From: Klebsiella phage May
Sequence record: MG428991.1
DNA: 32,000 nucleotides
Strand: one strand, 5' to 3'
Shown: one piece after another, positions 1 through 8,662 of the stretch
Layout: every line of letters starts with the position of its first letter
How positions within the stretch are numbered: the first letter of the stretch is position 1
Position numbers and translations under genes: made by a program
The notes under the pieces: model-generated
The model's database searches: none
Seen by the model: the letters and a program-made list of their open reading frames with translations, nothing else
Told to the model about the DNA's origin: nothing

Positions 1-420
1 GTGAAAGTTACTGAAGCTGTCACGGTGGATGGGAAAGAATACCCGGCTGGTAAATTCCTGAAGAACATGGCAGCTTTCCAGGAACCGGACTTCAGTGATA
101 TGCTGACAGCCAACCCCGAACAACAGATCAAAACTATCGTTGCCACTCAGGCGGTTGAACCGGGTGGTATTTCTGTTGACCACACCAACGGCATTGCATA
201 TATCCATGTGAACGACTTCAGAACATTCCTTTCTGGACAAACCGAATATTCTACTGGTAGTGTTGTCGGCACCAAAGAGCAGACAGAAAGCTATGTCCCT
301 GTCTACAAAATTGGGGGCGAAAATTGTCCGCCGCTGAAAGGTGTCTGGGAAGCGAACGTCCGTGTATTCGTATACTCCCCGTACAATCCGGAAGTCACGC
401 AGCTGACCCGTATCGATTAA
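1..420 (+). CDS. hypothetical protein (possibly 5'-truncated by window edge)
   Basis: 139-aa open frame ending in TAA, followed by a terminator hairpin; GTG at base 1 may not be the real start. Confidence 0.6.
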   Translation: MKVTEAVTVDGKEYPAGKFLKNMAAFQEPDFSDMLTANPEQQIKTIVATQAVEPGGISVDHTNGIAYIHVNDFRTFLSGQTEYSTGSVVGTKEQTESYVPVYKIGGENCPPLKGVWEANVRVFVYSPYNPEVTQLTRID

Positions 421-428
421 GTCATTCC

Positions 429-457
429 GCGTTTCAATATACAACAGAGGCTATAAT
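429..457 (+). promoter_or_regulatory. putative promoter GCGTTT-N17-TATAAT
   Basis: GCGTTTCAAT (429-438) and TATAAT (452-457). The same GCGTTTCAAT-N13-TATAAT arrangement occurs at 5875-5903. Confidence 0.45.
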
Positions 458-469
458 GGCCTCTGTTTT
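444..469 (+). terminator. rho-independent terminator hairpin
   Basis: ACAGAGGC-TATAATG-GCCTCTGT followed by TTT; 8-bp stem. Confidence 0.65.
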
Positions 470-491
470 CGTATTCTAAGAAGAGGATACC

Positions 492-1709
492 ATGAAAGAT
501 AAACTGTCAGACATCCAATATTGCGGTGTCCGTGAAGATAAAATCAAAATGGCTGATCCTGTCCTCAGCCCTTTCCATCGCAAGCTGTCCTATGATTGGA
601 TGAATGAACGTTACAAAATCCACGTAAGAAAGGACGTCCAGAGTCTCCCTGCTCCCTGGACAGAAAACGAGATACTACGGCAGGTCAAGTTTTGTAACGT
701 CCGGAGAGAGCACGACAGGCAGTCTCAGCACCTTATCCGGAATATCGTCGAGAACAAGAACCTGACTCTGGCGGACAAGATGTTCAACTGCCTTCTGTTC
801 CGTATGTTCAACATGTGGGATCCCATCCAGCATGTTCTAGAAGGTCCGGTCTCCATCAATGATTTCCGTAATATCAATTTGGACCGAACTCGTAAACGAT
901 TTGCGGACTTTGACAAAAAAGGCGGCGTGACGTTCACTAATGCTTTCAACACAGGCGGCTTGAAGCAATGCCTGGCTTTTCCTGAACTGGCCGTGACTGG
1001 TAAGCCAGCCAGCCCCAGCAAAATGATGGTGAAAGTATTTGAGAAAGAAGGGCCGATGAAGTTTTATGTCGGGGAAATGAAATACAAAGATGCCAAGACT
1101 CTGGCCGAAGCAAATCCGGAAACAGTTGTGATCGAAGGCTGGGAACCGCATATGGGAATGCGTGTTGTCCGATTCCTGAAAGCGTTTGTTACCCATAATC
1201 CTCATTTCTTCCATGCGTTGTTGGGGTTCAATTCGCCACTATCTGTTTATGAAGAACTGCTTAACAAAGTTGAAGGCCTCGGTCCATTCTTGGCATATCA
1301 GATTTGGGTTGACTTCACATACAATCCGGATTATCCGTTTAGTGAAAACCATTTCACTATCGCCGGGCCGGGGTGCCGCGCCGGGATTGATCTGTTATTC
1401 CTGGACAAGGACGGTATGACCCATGAAGAGTGCATCTTCTGGCTGCGTGACAATCAGGATGATGTGTATCGTCAATATGGTTATGACCGAAATGCGTTTT
1501 GGTCAGCGGAAGAACCGTATGATCGTTGTATGAACGTCATGCAGCTGGAGAACATGTTCTGTGAGCTGAGCAAATACACCCGTTGTGTTGAGGCGGTCAT
1601 GCGTGGTGAAAAGCCTCGGGGCAAGGTCGGATACAATGGTGGGGAAGTATATACCGCTCCCAAAACCCAAGTCCGCTCCATCAACCTCCTGGAAAGGATG
1701 AAGAAATGA
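492..1709 (+). CDS. 5-hmdU DNA kinase helical domain / alpha-glutamyl-putrescinyl thymine pyrophosphorylase-like protein
   Basis: Residue motifs recalled for this family: FCNVRREHDRQSQHLI, FNCLLFRMFNMWD, GPFLAYQIWVDFTYNPDYPFSENHFTIAGPGCRAGID. Confidence 0.75.
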   Translation: MKDKLSDIQYCGVREDKIKMADPVLSPFHRKLSYDWMNERYKIHVRKDVQSLPAPWTENEILRQVKFCNVRREHDRQSQHLIRNIVENKNLTLADKMFNCLLFRMFNMWDPIQHVLEGPVSINDFRNINLDRTRKRFADFDKKGGVTFTNAFNTGGLKQCLAFPELAVTGKPASPSKMMVKVFEKEGPMKFYVGEMKYKDAKTLAEANPETVVIEGWEPHMGMRVVRFLKAFVTHNPHFFHALLGFNSPLSVYEELLNKVEGLGPFLAYQIWVDFTYNPDYPFSENHFTIAGPGCRAGIDLLFLDKDGMTHEECIFWLRDNQDDVYRQYGYDRNAFWSAEEPYDRCMNVMQLENMFCELSKYTRCVEAVMRGEKPRGKVGYNGGEVYTAPKTQVRSINLLERMKK

Positions 1710-2113
1710 AACCTGTGAAGCGTCATCGTTCTTGGAAAGTATGCCCGGCCTGTTCAAGCCGGGCCACAAAGATGTTTGACTTTGGGACTGGATTGTATCG
1801 TTGTCAGATCTGCTCTCATCGTTATTCGGACCCAGCTGGTCGCTCTTTGGTTGATAAGAAGTACAAATTCAAAATATTATTGGGAAATTCTGAACAATAC
1901 GAATACACTGTGATGGGTGACTCTCTTTCTCAGATTAATCTTCATGTTCTGGAAAAGATTTCCCATTATGACAAAAATTGTGAACGTCCTGTGCGAGTTG
2001 TCAAAACTCCAAAGGGTTATCCGGAAGGCACTCGCAGTGTTGTCGTGGCTGGCTATACCCGTTTCGATGGCAAGAAATTCAGAAGTATCCGAATTAATAT
2101 GATCCCGGTTTAA
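1706..2113 (+). CDS. small zinc-ribbon protein
   Basis: Two CxxC knuckles (CPAC...CQIC) near the N-terminus; ATGA overlap with the upstream gene. Confidence 0.6.
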   Translation: MKPVKRHRSWKVCPACSSRATKMFDFGTGLYRCQICSHRYSDPAGRSLVDKKYKFKILLGNSEQYEYTVMGDSLSQINLHVLEKISHYDKNCERPVRVVKTPKGYPEGTRSVVVAGYTRFDGKKFRSIRINMIPV

Positions 2114-2114
2114 A

Positions 2115-2143
2115 GTTTTCAATAACTGTAATCGGGGTATATT
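2115..2143 (+). promoter_or_regulatory. possible promoter TTTTCAAT...TATATT
   Basis: Variant of the 429/5875 motif (TTTTCAAT 2116-2123, TATATT 2138-2143) upstream of the 2209 gene. Confidence 0.3.
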
Positions 2144-2208
2144 GACCTCACTTTAACGAAGCGCCTCAATCGGGGCGCACATTTGAACTGAAACAGGAAG
2201 ACTATATC

Positions 2209-4245
2209 ATGTCAGATTTTAAACCTTTCGCAGTTGCTGTAAAGAACCAAATCTCCGCGATGGCCAGCAATGGCCTGTACATGACTTCGGTTGACAAAGA
2301 CGCCCTGTGGGATCTGTATCTGTCGTCTTTCCCGGAAGGCACCAACAACATCTACCGTGAGCGCACCGAGCACGATTGCACCTGCTGCAAGCAATTCATC
2401 CGTAATATCGGCGGCGTCGTATCGATTGACGCTGATCTGAACCTGGTCACTGTGTGGGACAGTGTTAATCTGGGCAACGAATATGACGTGGTGGCAGCGG
2501 CGCTGGCCAAGTATGTCAAGCAGCACAACATCGTCGGCGTCTACTTCAACGATTCGGCCAAGGTGAGCGTAGAAAGCAACCATGAAATGGGTGAAAACGG
2601 TAATATCCGCACCTACAACCATTTCCATGCCGTTCTGGATAATAAATTCGTCCTGCGCGGCGAAGATATCGCCTCCACCAAAGGCGAAATTTCCCAATCG
2701 ATCGAAGTGTTTGAGCGCAGCATGCGTGAGCTGACTATGGAATCGGCTGAAATCGTCCTGGAACTGATCGATCAGAATTCGCTGTATCGCGGTGAAGAGC
2801 ATCGTTCGGCTGTGCAAAGTTTTGTACAGAGCAAAACCGAATACGCTAAAATTCGCCCCGATCTGAAACAACTTTGGGCCTGGCGAACTGGTTGGTTGTC
2901 CAAAAACCATAAACCGTTCGGCATCCGTAACACTGCCATCGGCACCCTGCTGACTGATCTGTCCGACGGCGTTGAAATGGAAAAGGCGGTGAAATCCTTT
3001 GAAACCAAAGTTGCCCCGACCAACTATCGCCGCCCGACCGCCCTGGTCACGAAGGGTATGATCGAAAAGGCGCAGAAAACTGTTGCTGAACTCGGCCTGA
3101 CTGAATCTTTGGGTCGCCGCTATGCGAAGTATGAAGATCTGACGATCAACAACGTGCTGTTCGCCGATATCGATGCGCGGAAAGCTATGGACCCGTTCGA
3201 TCAACTGGCACAGGAAGTAAAAGTGACTGAAAAGTCGCTGGGTAAGATCGAAGAGATCAGTGTTGATGATTTCATCAAAAACGTTATTCCAAAAGCGCGT
3301 TCCATGGAAGTTATGTTCGAAGGTCGACACACTGCCAACCTGATGTCTCTGGTTGCACCGGAAACCGAAGGCGCTCCGGGCCTGTTCAAGTGGAACAACA
3401 ACTTCTCCTGGTCGTACAACGGTGAAGTCGCTGACTCTATCAAAGAGCGCGTGAAAGCCGCTGGTGGTAACGTTGATTCGTTCCTGCGTGTGTCTCTGGC
3501 CTGGTTCAACAACGACGACCTGGACCTGCATATGTACACCCCGGCTAACGAACATATCTATTTCTCTCGCGGTTGCCGCCGTTCTTATCATACGGGTGGC
3601 GAGTTGGATATTGATATGAACGGCATGGATGGGATCAACAAAGAGCGTAAGCCGGTTGAGAACATCTTCTTCAAAGACAAGAACATGCTGCGCGATGGGG
3701 TGTACCGTTTCATCGTTGACAACTATGCCCAGCGTGAAACCATCGATACCGGTTTCATCGTTGAAGTGGAATATGAAGGCGACCTGAAACGTTTCTCCTG
3801 TGAGAAAGGTCTGAAGAACAAACAGCAGATCACCGTCATTGAACTGCGCGTCAAAGACAAAAAGGTTGTTGAAATTCAGTCTTCTCTGGTGCCGACGACT
3901 GGCGTAGAAACTGAAATTTGGGGCATCCGTACCCAGAACTTCCAGAAGGTACAACTGGTTCTGAATTCACCGAACCATTGGGACGGCGAACAAACTGGGA
4001 ACCGCCACCTGTTCTTTATCCTGGAAGGTTGTGCCAACCCGTCGAGCACTCGCGGCTTCTACAACGAATATCTGAAGCCGGAACTGGCACCGCATGGTAA
4101 AGTTTTTGAAATGCTTGGCGCTAAAATGAAAGCCGAGCCAAGCGAAAAACAACTCAGCGGCCTGGGCTTCTCTTCTACGCAGCGCAACCATGTGCTGGTG
4201 AAAGTAAGCGGTTCTTTTAATCGTGTAGTCAAAGTCGTCTTTTAA
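2209..4245 (+). CDS. large phage protein with C-terminal DUF2135/YfaP-like beta domain
   Basis: 678-aa ORF; RERTEHDCTCCKQFIRNIGG N-terminal region and SLAWFNNDDLDLHMYTP...GGELDIDMNG C-terminal region. Confidence 0.55.
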   Translation: MSDFKPFAVAVKNQISAMASNGLYMTSVDKDALWDLYLSSFPEGTNNIYRERTEHDCTCCKQFIRNIGGVVSIDADLNLVTVWDSVNLGNEYDVVAAALAKYVKQHNIVGVYFNDSAKVSVESNHEMGENGNIRTYNHFHAVLDNKFVLRGEDIASTKGEISQSIEVFERSMRELTMESAEIVLELIDQNSLYRGEEHRSAVQSFVQSKTEYAKIRPDLKQLWAWRTGWLSKNHKPFGIRNTAIGTLLTDLSDGVEMEKAVKSFETKVAPTNYRRPTALVTKGMIEKAQKTVAELGLTESLGRRYAKYEDLTINNVLFADIDARKAMDPFDQLAQEVKVTEKSLGKIEEISVDDFIKNVIPKARSMEVMFEGRHTANLMSLVAPETEGAPGLFKWNNNFSWSYNGEVADSIKERVKAAGGNVDSFLRVSLAWFNNDDLDLHMYTPANEHIYFSRGCRRSYHTGGELDIDMNGMDGINKERKPVENIFFKDKNMLRDGVYRFIVDNYAQRETIDTGFIVEVEYEGDLKRFSCEKGLKNKQQITVIELRVKDKKVVEIQSSLVPTTGVETEIWGIRTQNFQKVQLVLNSPNHWDGEQTGNRHLFFILEGCANPSSTRGFYNEYLKPELAPHGKVFEMLGAKMKAEPSEKQLSGLGFSSTQRNHVLVKVSGSFNRVVKVVF

Positions 4246-4281
4246 GTTAAAATATAACCAAATTCAATTGAGGATACAAAA

Positions 4282-4653
4282 ATGTTTGATAAAGCAACCC
4301 GTCTGAAACTGCGTTTCTCTTCCAATAAAGGTGATCTGTCTGTTGAGCAGGTGTGGGATCTCGGCCTGACTGCGCTGAACGAGATGGCGAAAGGTCTGAG
4401 CCGCGAACTGAAAGCCGCTGCGATCGACGATGAAGATTTCATCGGTAACAACACTTCCGTCGACTCTCTGCTGCAACTGCGCTTTGACATCGTCAAAAGC
4501 ATCATCAGCACCAAGCTGAAAGAGCGTGACGATAGCCTGTCCGCTGCGGAAAAACGTGAGCACAACCAGGCTATCCTGGAACTCATCAAGAAGAAACAGC
4601 AAGAAGAGCTGGCGGGTAAATCTGTTGAAGAACTGCAAGCCCTGCTGAAATAA
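4282..4653 (+). CDS. hypothetical phage protein, probably cotranscribed with 2209-4245
   Basis: 123-aa helical/coiled ORF between the 2209 gene and a strong terminator. Confidence 0.6.
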   Translation: MFDKATRLKLRFSSNKGDLSVEQVWDLGLTALNEMAKGLSRELKAAAIDDEDFIGNNTSVDSLLQLRFDIVKSIISTKLKERDDSLSAAEKREHNQAILELIKKKQQEELAGKSVEELQALLK

Positions 4654-4677
4654 CCCGCCGTCTTTGGCGAGATAATG

Positions 4678-4705
4678 AACCCCGCCATGTGCGGGGTTTG
4701 TTTTA
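4678..4705 (+). terminator. rho-independent terminator
   Basis: AACCCCGC-CATGT-GCGGGGTT then TGTTTT. Confidence 0.8.
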
Positions 4706-4715
4706 ATGGAAGAAT

Positions 4716-5093
4716 ATGAAACCAGTTATTTGCGATTACTGTGGAAAAGATGCTAACCTAGTCAGTGGTGGCGTAATATACCCACATCGACCAGATCTTG
4801 GTCATCTTCAATTCTGGGTTTGTGAGCCTTGTGATGCCAGGGTAGGTTGTCACCCTAACACAGGAGGCATTCCCCTCGGAAGCATGGCTAACGCCGAATT
4901 GCGCAAGGCAAGAAACAAGGCACATAACTGTTTTGATCCTCTTTGGCGCGAAGGTGAGATGACCCGCAGCCAGGCGTATCAATGGTTGTCTGAACAACTC
5001 GGCCTACCAAAGTCCAAATGTCATATAGGACAATTCGATATCTACACTTGCACAAAAGTCGTCGACGCTTGTAGCCTTTATTGGAGTATGTGA
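4716..5093 (+). CDS. DUF3268-like zinc-finger-containing protein
   Basis: CDYCGKDANLVSGGVIYPHRPDLGHLQFWVCEPCDARVGCHPNTGGIPLGSMANAELRKARNKAH matches the family pattern as recalled. Confidence 0.7.
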   Translation: MKPVICDYCGKDANLVSGGVIYPHRPDLGHLQFWVCEPCDARVGCHPNTGGIPLGSMANAELRKARNKAHNCFDPLWREGEMTRSQAYQWLSEQLGLPKSKCHIGQFDIYTCTKVVDACSLYWSM

Positions 5094-5849
5094 ATGTCTA
5101 ACAGAAACGGTATTAAACTCACTCCCGATGTTCTTAAATCTCACATTGCTGAGGTCATTTATGAAGACCGTGAAGTGGGAGGTCATCGGGTTATCACTTG
5201 CCACTTCAAAATGGACAACGGCTTTGTTGTATGGGGTAAAAATAGTTCTACGTCTATTGACCCCACCAACTTTGATGAGGAGTTGGGTAAGAAGCTGGCC
5301 TACGATAAAACGTTCTCTCAACTGTGGGAATTGGAAGCATACCGGGCTATGGTTGTTAAAGATTTTATCAGCAAGACAACTGAAGAACCGTTTATAAAAC
5401 TTGAAAAATATATTGAAGATAGTCGGACGATACGATTATCTATTGGCCCCGACTATCGGGAAGGTGTGGCCACTGCATATTCCATTAGATCGATTAAATC
5501 AAATAAATTTGGGTTGTTGGATCATATTGACATATGTCTTTATAAAACCGATAACAAACGACATGATGAAATCAAAAATTCTGAAGCAATACAGAAAGCA
5601 AAGGATTTTATCAGATCCCATATGGATTATGCTGAAATTAATAGCGAATTTGTAATTCATATCGCAAAACTTTGTTGGGCCGCCCGGTCAGCGGTTGTAG
5701 ACACTACACCTTCTTGGGAAACCTGTAAAGAAACAGACCGCCAAGATATGTGTGACACGGTTAAAAAATTGCTGTTATCCCCCAGCGGTTATCAACCGAA
5801 TGATAATTTGTTGAAATTGTTTTGGGCTATTGTATCCCAATTTAGATAA
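5094..5849 (+). CDS. phage N4 Gp49 / Sf6 Gp66-family domain protein
   Basis: ITCHFKMDNGFVVWGKNSSTSIDPTNFDEELGKKLAYDKTFSQLWELEAYRA resembles this family; the C-terminal half is unassigned. Confidence 0.55.
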   Translation: MSNRNGIKLTPDVLKSHIAEVIYEDREVGGHRVITCHFKMDNGFVVWGKNSSTSIDPTNFDEELGKKLAYDKTFSQLWELEAYRAMVVKDFISKTTEEPFIKLEKYIEDSRTIRLSIGPDYREGVATAYSIRSIKSNKFGLLDHIDICLYKTDNKRHDEIKNSEAIQKAKDFIRSHMDYAEINSEFVIHIAKLCWAARSAVVDTTPSWETCKETDRQDMCDTVKKLLLSPSGYQPNDNLLKLFWAIVSQFR

Positions 5850-5874
5850 CAATGACGCCTGGTATATTTGCTGG

Positions 5875-5903
5875 GCGTTTCAATTTGTGCATCGCAGTAT
5901 AAT
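5875..5903 (+). promoter_or_regulatory. putative promoter GCGTTT-N17-TATAAT upstream of the NAD+ module
   Basis: GCGTTTCAAT (5875-5884) + 13 nt + TATAAT (5898-5903). Confidence 0.5.
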
Positions 5904-5934
5904 ACGGCTGTACATTAAACCATGAGGCTACATT

Positions 5935-6789
5935 ATGTTTCGTTTGAAATTGAACGACCAAGATGTGTTCTATAAACACTTCACCTTCCCTGGTGGCGAG
6001 GAACACGTCAAGATCCAAAAGGCGGGTATTCCTGTGGGTCATGTCAATAACGTGACCATTGATGCTCACATCAAATCCTCTGCCGACTTCATTGAGCTGG
6101 CCTTGCTGGTTAATGCCGTGCGCGGCCTGGGCAACGTGGATCGCATGACCACCTTCCATGCATACATCCCGTATTTCCCTTATGCTCGCCAAGATCGCTA
6201 TTGTGACTTCGGCGAACCGCTGTCTGTCAAGTGGGCAGCTGATTTCGTTAACAGCCTTAACTTCGACCGTGTGGCTATCAAAGATCCTCACAGCAACGTT
6301 GTATCATCTCTGATCAATAACGTACACGTGGTCCAACAAGACTACATCGTCCGTCAGTATCTGGGCTGGTTCATCCGAGGTAACAATGCTGTGTTGGTAG
6401 CCCCAGACGGCGGCGCGGCGAAGAAGACCGAAGCACTCAGCCTGTCCCTGGACGGCGTTCCTGTTGTCTATGGCCACAAGAACCGTGACACCAAGACGGG
6501 TGAGATCATCGGGGTTAGCATCACCAACCCTGAGCTGATTGAAGATCGCTATCTGGTCGTGGTTGACGACATCTGCGACGGCGGGCGTACATTTGTTGAA
6601 CTGGGCAAAGAGCTTCAGAAGCACAAACCTAAGCATATGACGCTCTTCGTCACCCATGGCATATTCAGTAAAGGGCTGTCCGTTTTCGACGGCATCTATG
6701 ACGCTGTGTATGCTGATACAATCTGGTGGAACAACATTACTGCCGATGGCGTTCCTTTCAAAACTGAAAATACAGGACGTGTAAAATGA
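5935..6789 (+). CDS. prs-like: ribose-phosphate pyrophosphokinase-like protein (possible NARP1 ADPR-PP synthetase, Adps)
   Basis: Prs-type YIPYFPYARQDR and PRPP-binding loop VVVDDICDGGRTF; translationally coupled to a NAMPT-like gene. Confidence 0.85.
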   Translation: MFRLKLNDQDVFYKHFTFPGGEEHVKIQKAGIPVGHVNNVTIDAHIKSSADFIELALLVNAVRGLGNVDRMTTFHAYIPYFPYARQDRYCDFGEPLSVKWAADFVNSLNFDRVAIKDPHSNVVSSLINNVHVVQQDYIVRQYLGWFIRGNNAVLVAPDGGAAKKTEALSLSLDGVPVVYGHKNRDTKTGEIIGVSITNPELIEDRYLVVVDDICDGGRTFVELGKELQKHKPKHMTLFVTHGIFSKGLSVFDGIYDAVYADTIWWNNITADGVPFKTENTGRVK

Positions 6790-8450
6790 GCATGCGACAC
6801 TTAGACCCGATCCACGCAATCGACTTCTATAAATCAGGCCACATCTATCAGTTTCCTGAAGGTAGTGAGCTGGTGTTCTCCAACGGCACCCCGCGCTCCA
6901 ACAAACTGTTCAACTCCCACCTCCCGAAGAACGGTGTGGTTGTTTGGGGTATCCAAGGCTTCATGACCTGGTTCCATGAACTGTTTGACGAAGCATTCTT
7001 CCAGCGCCCGAAGGCCAAAGTACTGAAGAAGTACGCTCGCCGAATGAACAAAGTACTCGGCCCAGGCCGCGTCGGCACAGAGCATATCGAAGCCCTGCAC
7101 GATCTGGGATATCTGCCTATCGAAGTTCGCGCCCTGCCTGAGGGCACCATGTGTCCGTATGGCGTCCCGGTGTATGTGATGTTCAACACCCTGCCGCAGT
7201 TCTACTGGCTGACCAACTATCTGGAGACTGTGTTCAGTTCCGAGATCTGGAAGCCGATGACGAACGCGACCATCGCCCTTCATTACAAGGCGCTGATGGT
7301 GAAAGCCGCTATCGCTACAGGCGTTGCGCCAGACCACTGGTTCATTGACTACCAGGGACACGACTTCTCCTTCCGTGGTATGAGCGGATGGCACGATGCT
7401 GCTTCTGCGGGTTCTGGTCATCTGGTGTTCTTCAAAGGCACCGACACCAACCCTGCGCTGGACTTCGTTGAAGAGTACTACGGCGCGGACGAGGACGATT
7501 ATGTCGTCGCTGGTTCCGTAGCCGCCACCGAACACGCTGTGATGTGTATGGGGACGAAGGACGGTGAGTTCGATACTTTTGACCGCCTGATCTCTGAAGT
7601 ATACCCAGACGGCATCATCAGTATCGTGTCCGATGCTTGGGACTACTGGCAGGTCATCGACGACTATCTGCCGCGCCTGAAAGACAAGATCATGGCACGT
7701 AATGGCAAAGTCGTGATTCGCCCTGACTCTGGTGACCCGGTACATATCGTCGGCGGCTACCGGATTGAATCTTTCCGTGACCGCGCCCATTTGAACGCCA
7801 GCGGTGTGGCGAGTGGCACCGAAGTCGTGCACATTGAAGAGACGAACACCTATCACCTTCTGATGGATCTGTTGGGATCGATTAATTCTATCGTGTCCGA
7901 CAAACGTAGCATCATCAGTCGTTCTGAAGCGGTCGGCTCTATCCAGCGCCTGTGGGAGATCTTCAGCGGTACTCAGACAGAGACAGGGCACTTCCTGCTG
8001 GACGAACATATCGGCCTGATTTACGGTGATTCTATCACCCTGAGCCGCGAAGACCAGATCTTTGCTCGCCTGGCTGCTCGTAACTTCGCCTCCATCAACG
8101 TGGTGTTTGGCATCGGTTCCTACACCTACCAGATGAACACCCGTGACAGCACTGGTACGGCGGTGAAGGCAACGGCGGGTAAGGTGAACGGTGAATTCCG
8201 TGAGATCTTCAAAGAGCCGAAGACCGACAAAGGCGGTACGAAGAAATCAGCACGCGGTTTCCTTAAAGTCATTAAAGACTCTCAGGGTAAACTAGTGCTG
8301 GTTGACGGTATCACCTTTGATCAGGTGCAGGATGCCGATAACCAACATCAGCTGGTCTACCGTGACGGCAAGTTCTTCAACACCCAGACGCTGGAAGACG
8401 CTCGTGTCCTCGCCGCGCCTCTGGTGGCAGAACTGGCCAGTCAAATTTGA
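6786..8450 (+). CDS. nadV-like: nicotinamide phosphoribosyltransferase-like protein (NadV/NAMPT family; possible NARP1 Namat)
   Basis: DPIHAIDFYKSGHIYQFPEG, IDYQGHDFSFRGM, SDAWDYW, VVIRPDSGDPVHI, FGIGSYTYQMNTRD motifs; ATGA overlap with the Prs-like gene. Confidence 0.9.
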   Translation: MSMRHLDPIHAIDFYKSGHIYQFPEGSELVFSNGTPRSNKLFNSHLPKNGVVVWGIQGFMTWFHELFDEAFFQRPKAKVLKKYARRMNKVLGPGRVGTEHIEALHDLGYLPIEVRALPEGTMCPYGVPVYVMFNTLPQFYWLTNYLETVFSSEIWKPMTNATIALHYKALMVKAAIATGVAPDHWFIDYQGHDFSFRGMSGWHDAASAGSGHLVFFKGTDTNPALDFVEEYYGADEDDYVVAGSVAATEHAVMCMGTKDGEFDTFDRLISEVYPDGIISIVSDAWDYWQVIDDYLPRLKDKIMARNGKVVIRPDSGDPVHIVGGYRIESFRDRAHLNASGVASGTEVVHIEETNTYHLLMDLLGSINSIVSDKRSIISRSEAVGSIQRLWEIFSGTQTETGHFLLDEHIGLIYGDSITLSREDQIFARLAARNFASINVVFGIGSYTYQMNTRDSTGTAVKATAGKVNGEFREIFKEPKTDKGGTKKSARGFLKVIKDSQGKLVLVDGITFDQVQDADNQHQLVYRDGKFFNTQTLEDARVLAAPLVAELASQI

Positions 8451-8457
8451 TAACTAA

Positions 8458-8480
8458 AGGGGAGGAGACTCCCCTGTTTT
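8458..8480 (+). terminator. possible rho-independent terminator
   Basis: AGGGGA-GGAGAC-TCCCCT then GTTTT. Confidence 0.6.
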
Positions 8481-8491
8481 GAGGTCGAGGT

Positions 8492-8662
8492 ATGTCCAAA
8501 CCATTCAAAAATGCGGGTGTCGACAACCTCGACCGCCGCTTTACTCCGACAAATACGCTGATGAGCCAGTTAGACCTCAACCGCGAATTTATTGAACATA
8601 TGCTGGCCAAGCCGGAAGGTGAAGCCGATGACAACCCTGAAGAAGGCAATAACGATGATTGA
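8492..8662 (+). CDS. small acidic-tailed protein (56 aa), overlaps the VWA gene
   Basis: ATG...TGA read directly: MSKPFKNAGVDNLDRRFTPTNTLMSQLDLNREFIEHMLAKPEGEADDNPEEGNNDD; GAGG-like SD upstream; overlaps the next start. Confidence 0.5.
   Translation: MSKPFKNAGVDNLDRRFTPTNTLMSQLDLNREFIEHMLAKPEGEADDNPEEGNNDD

Noticed and set aside
2212-3954. 580-aa minus-strand open frame opposite the 678-aa gene
   Set aside because: Complement of a well-supported coding sequence with biased codons; low-complexity His/Val/Phe-rich translation, no upstream SD in context. Treated as a shadow ORF.
6834-8009. 391-aa minus-strand ORF opposite the NAMPT-like gene
   Set aside because: Shadow ORF; the plus strand has unmistakable NAMPT motifs.
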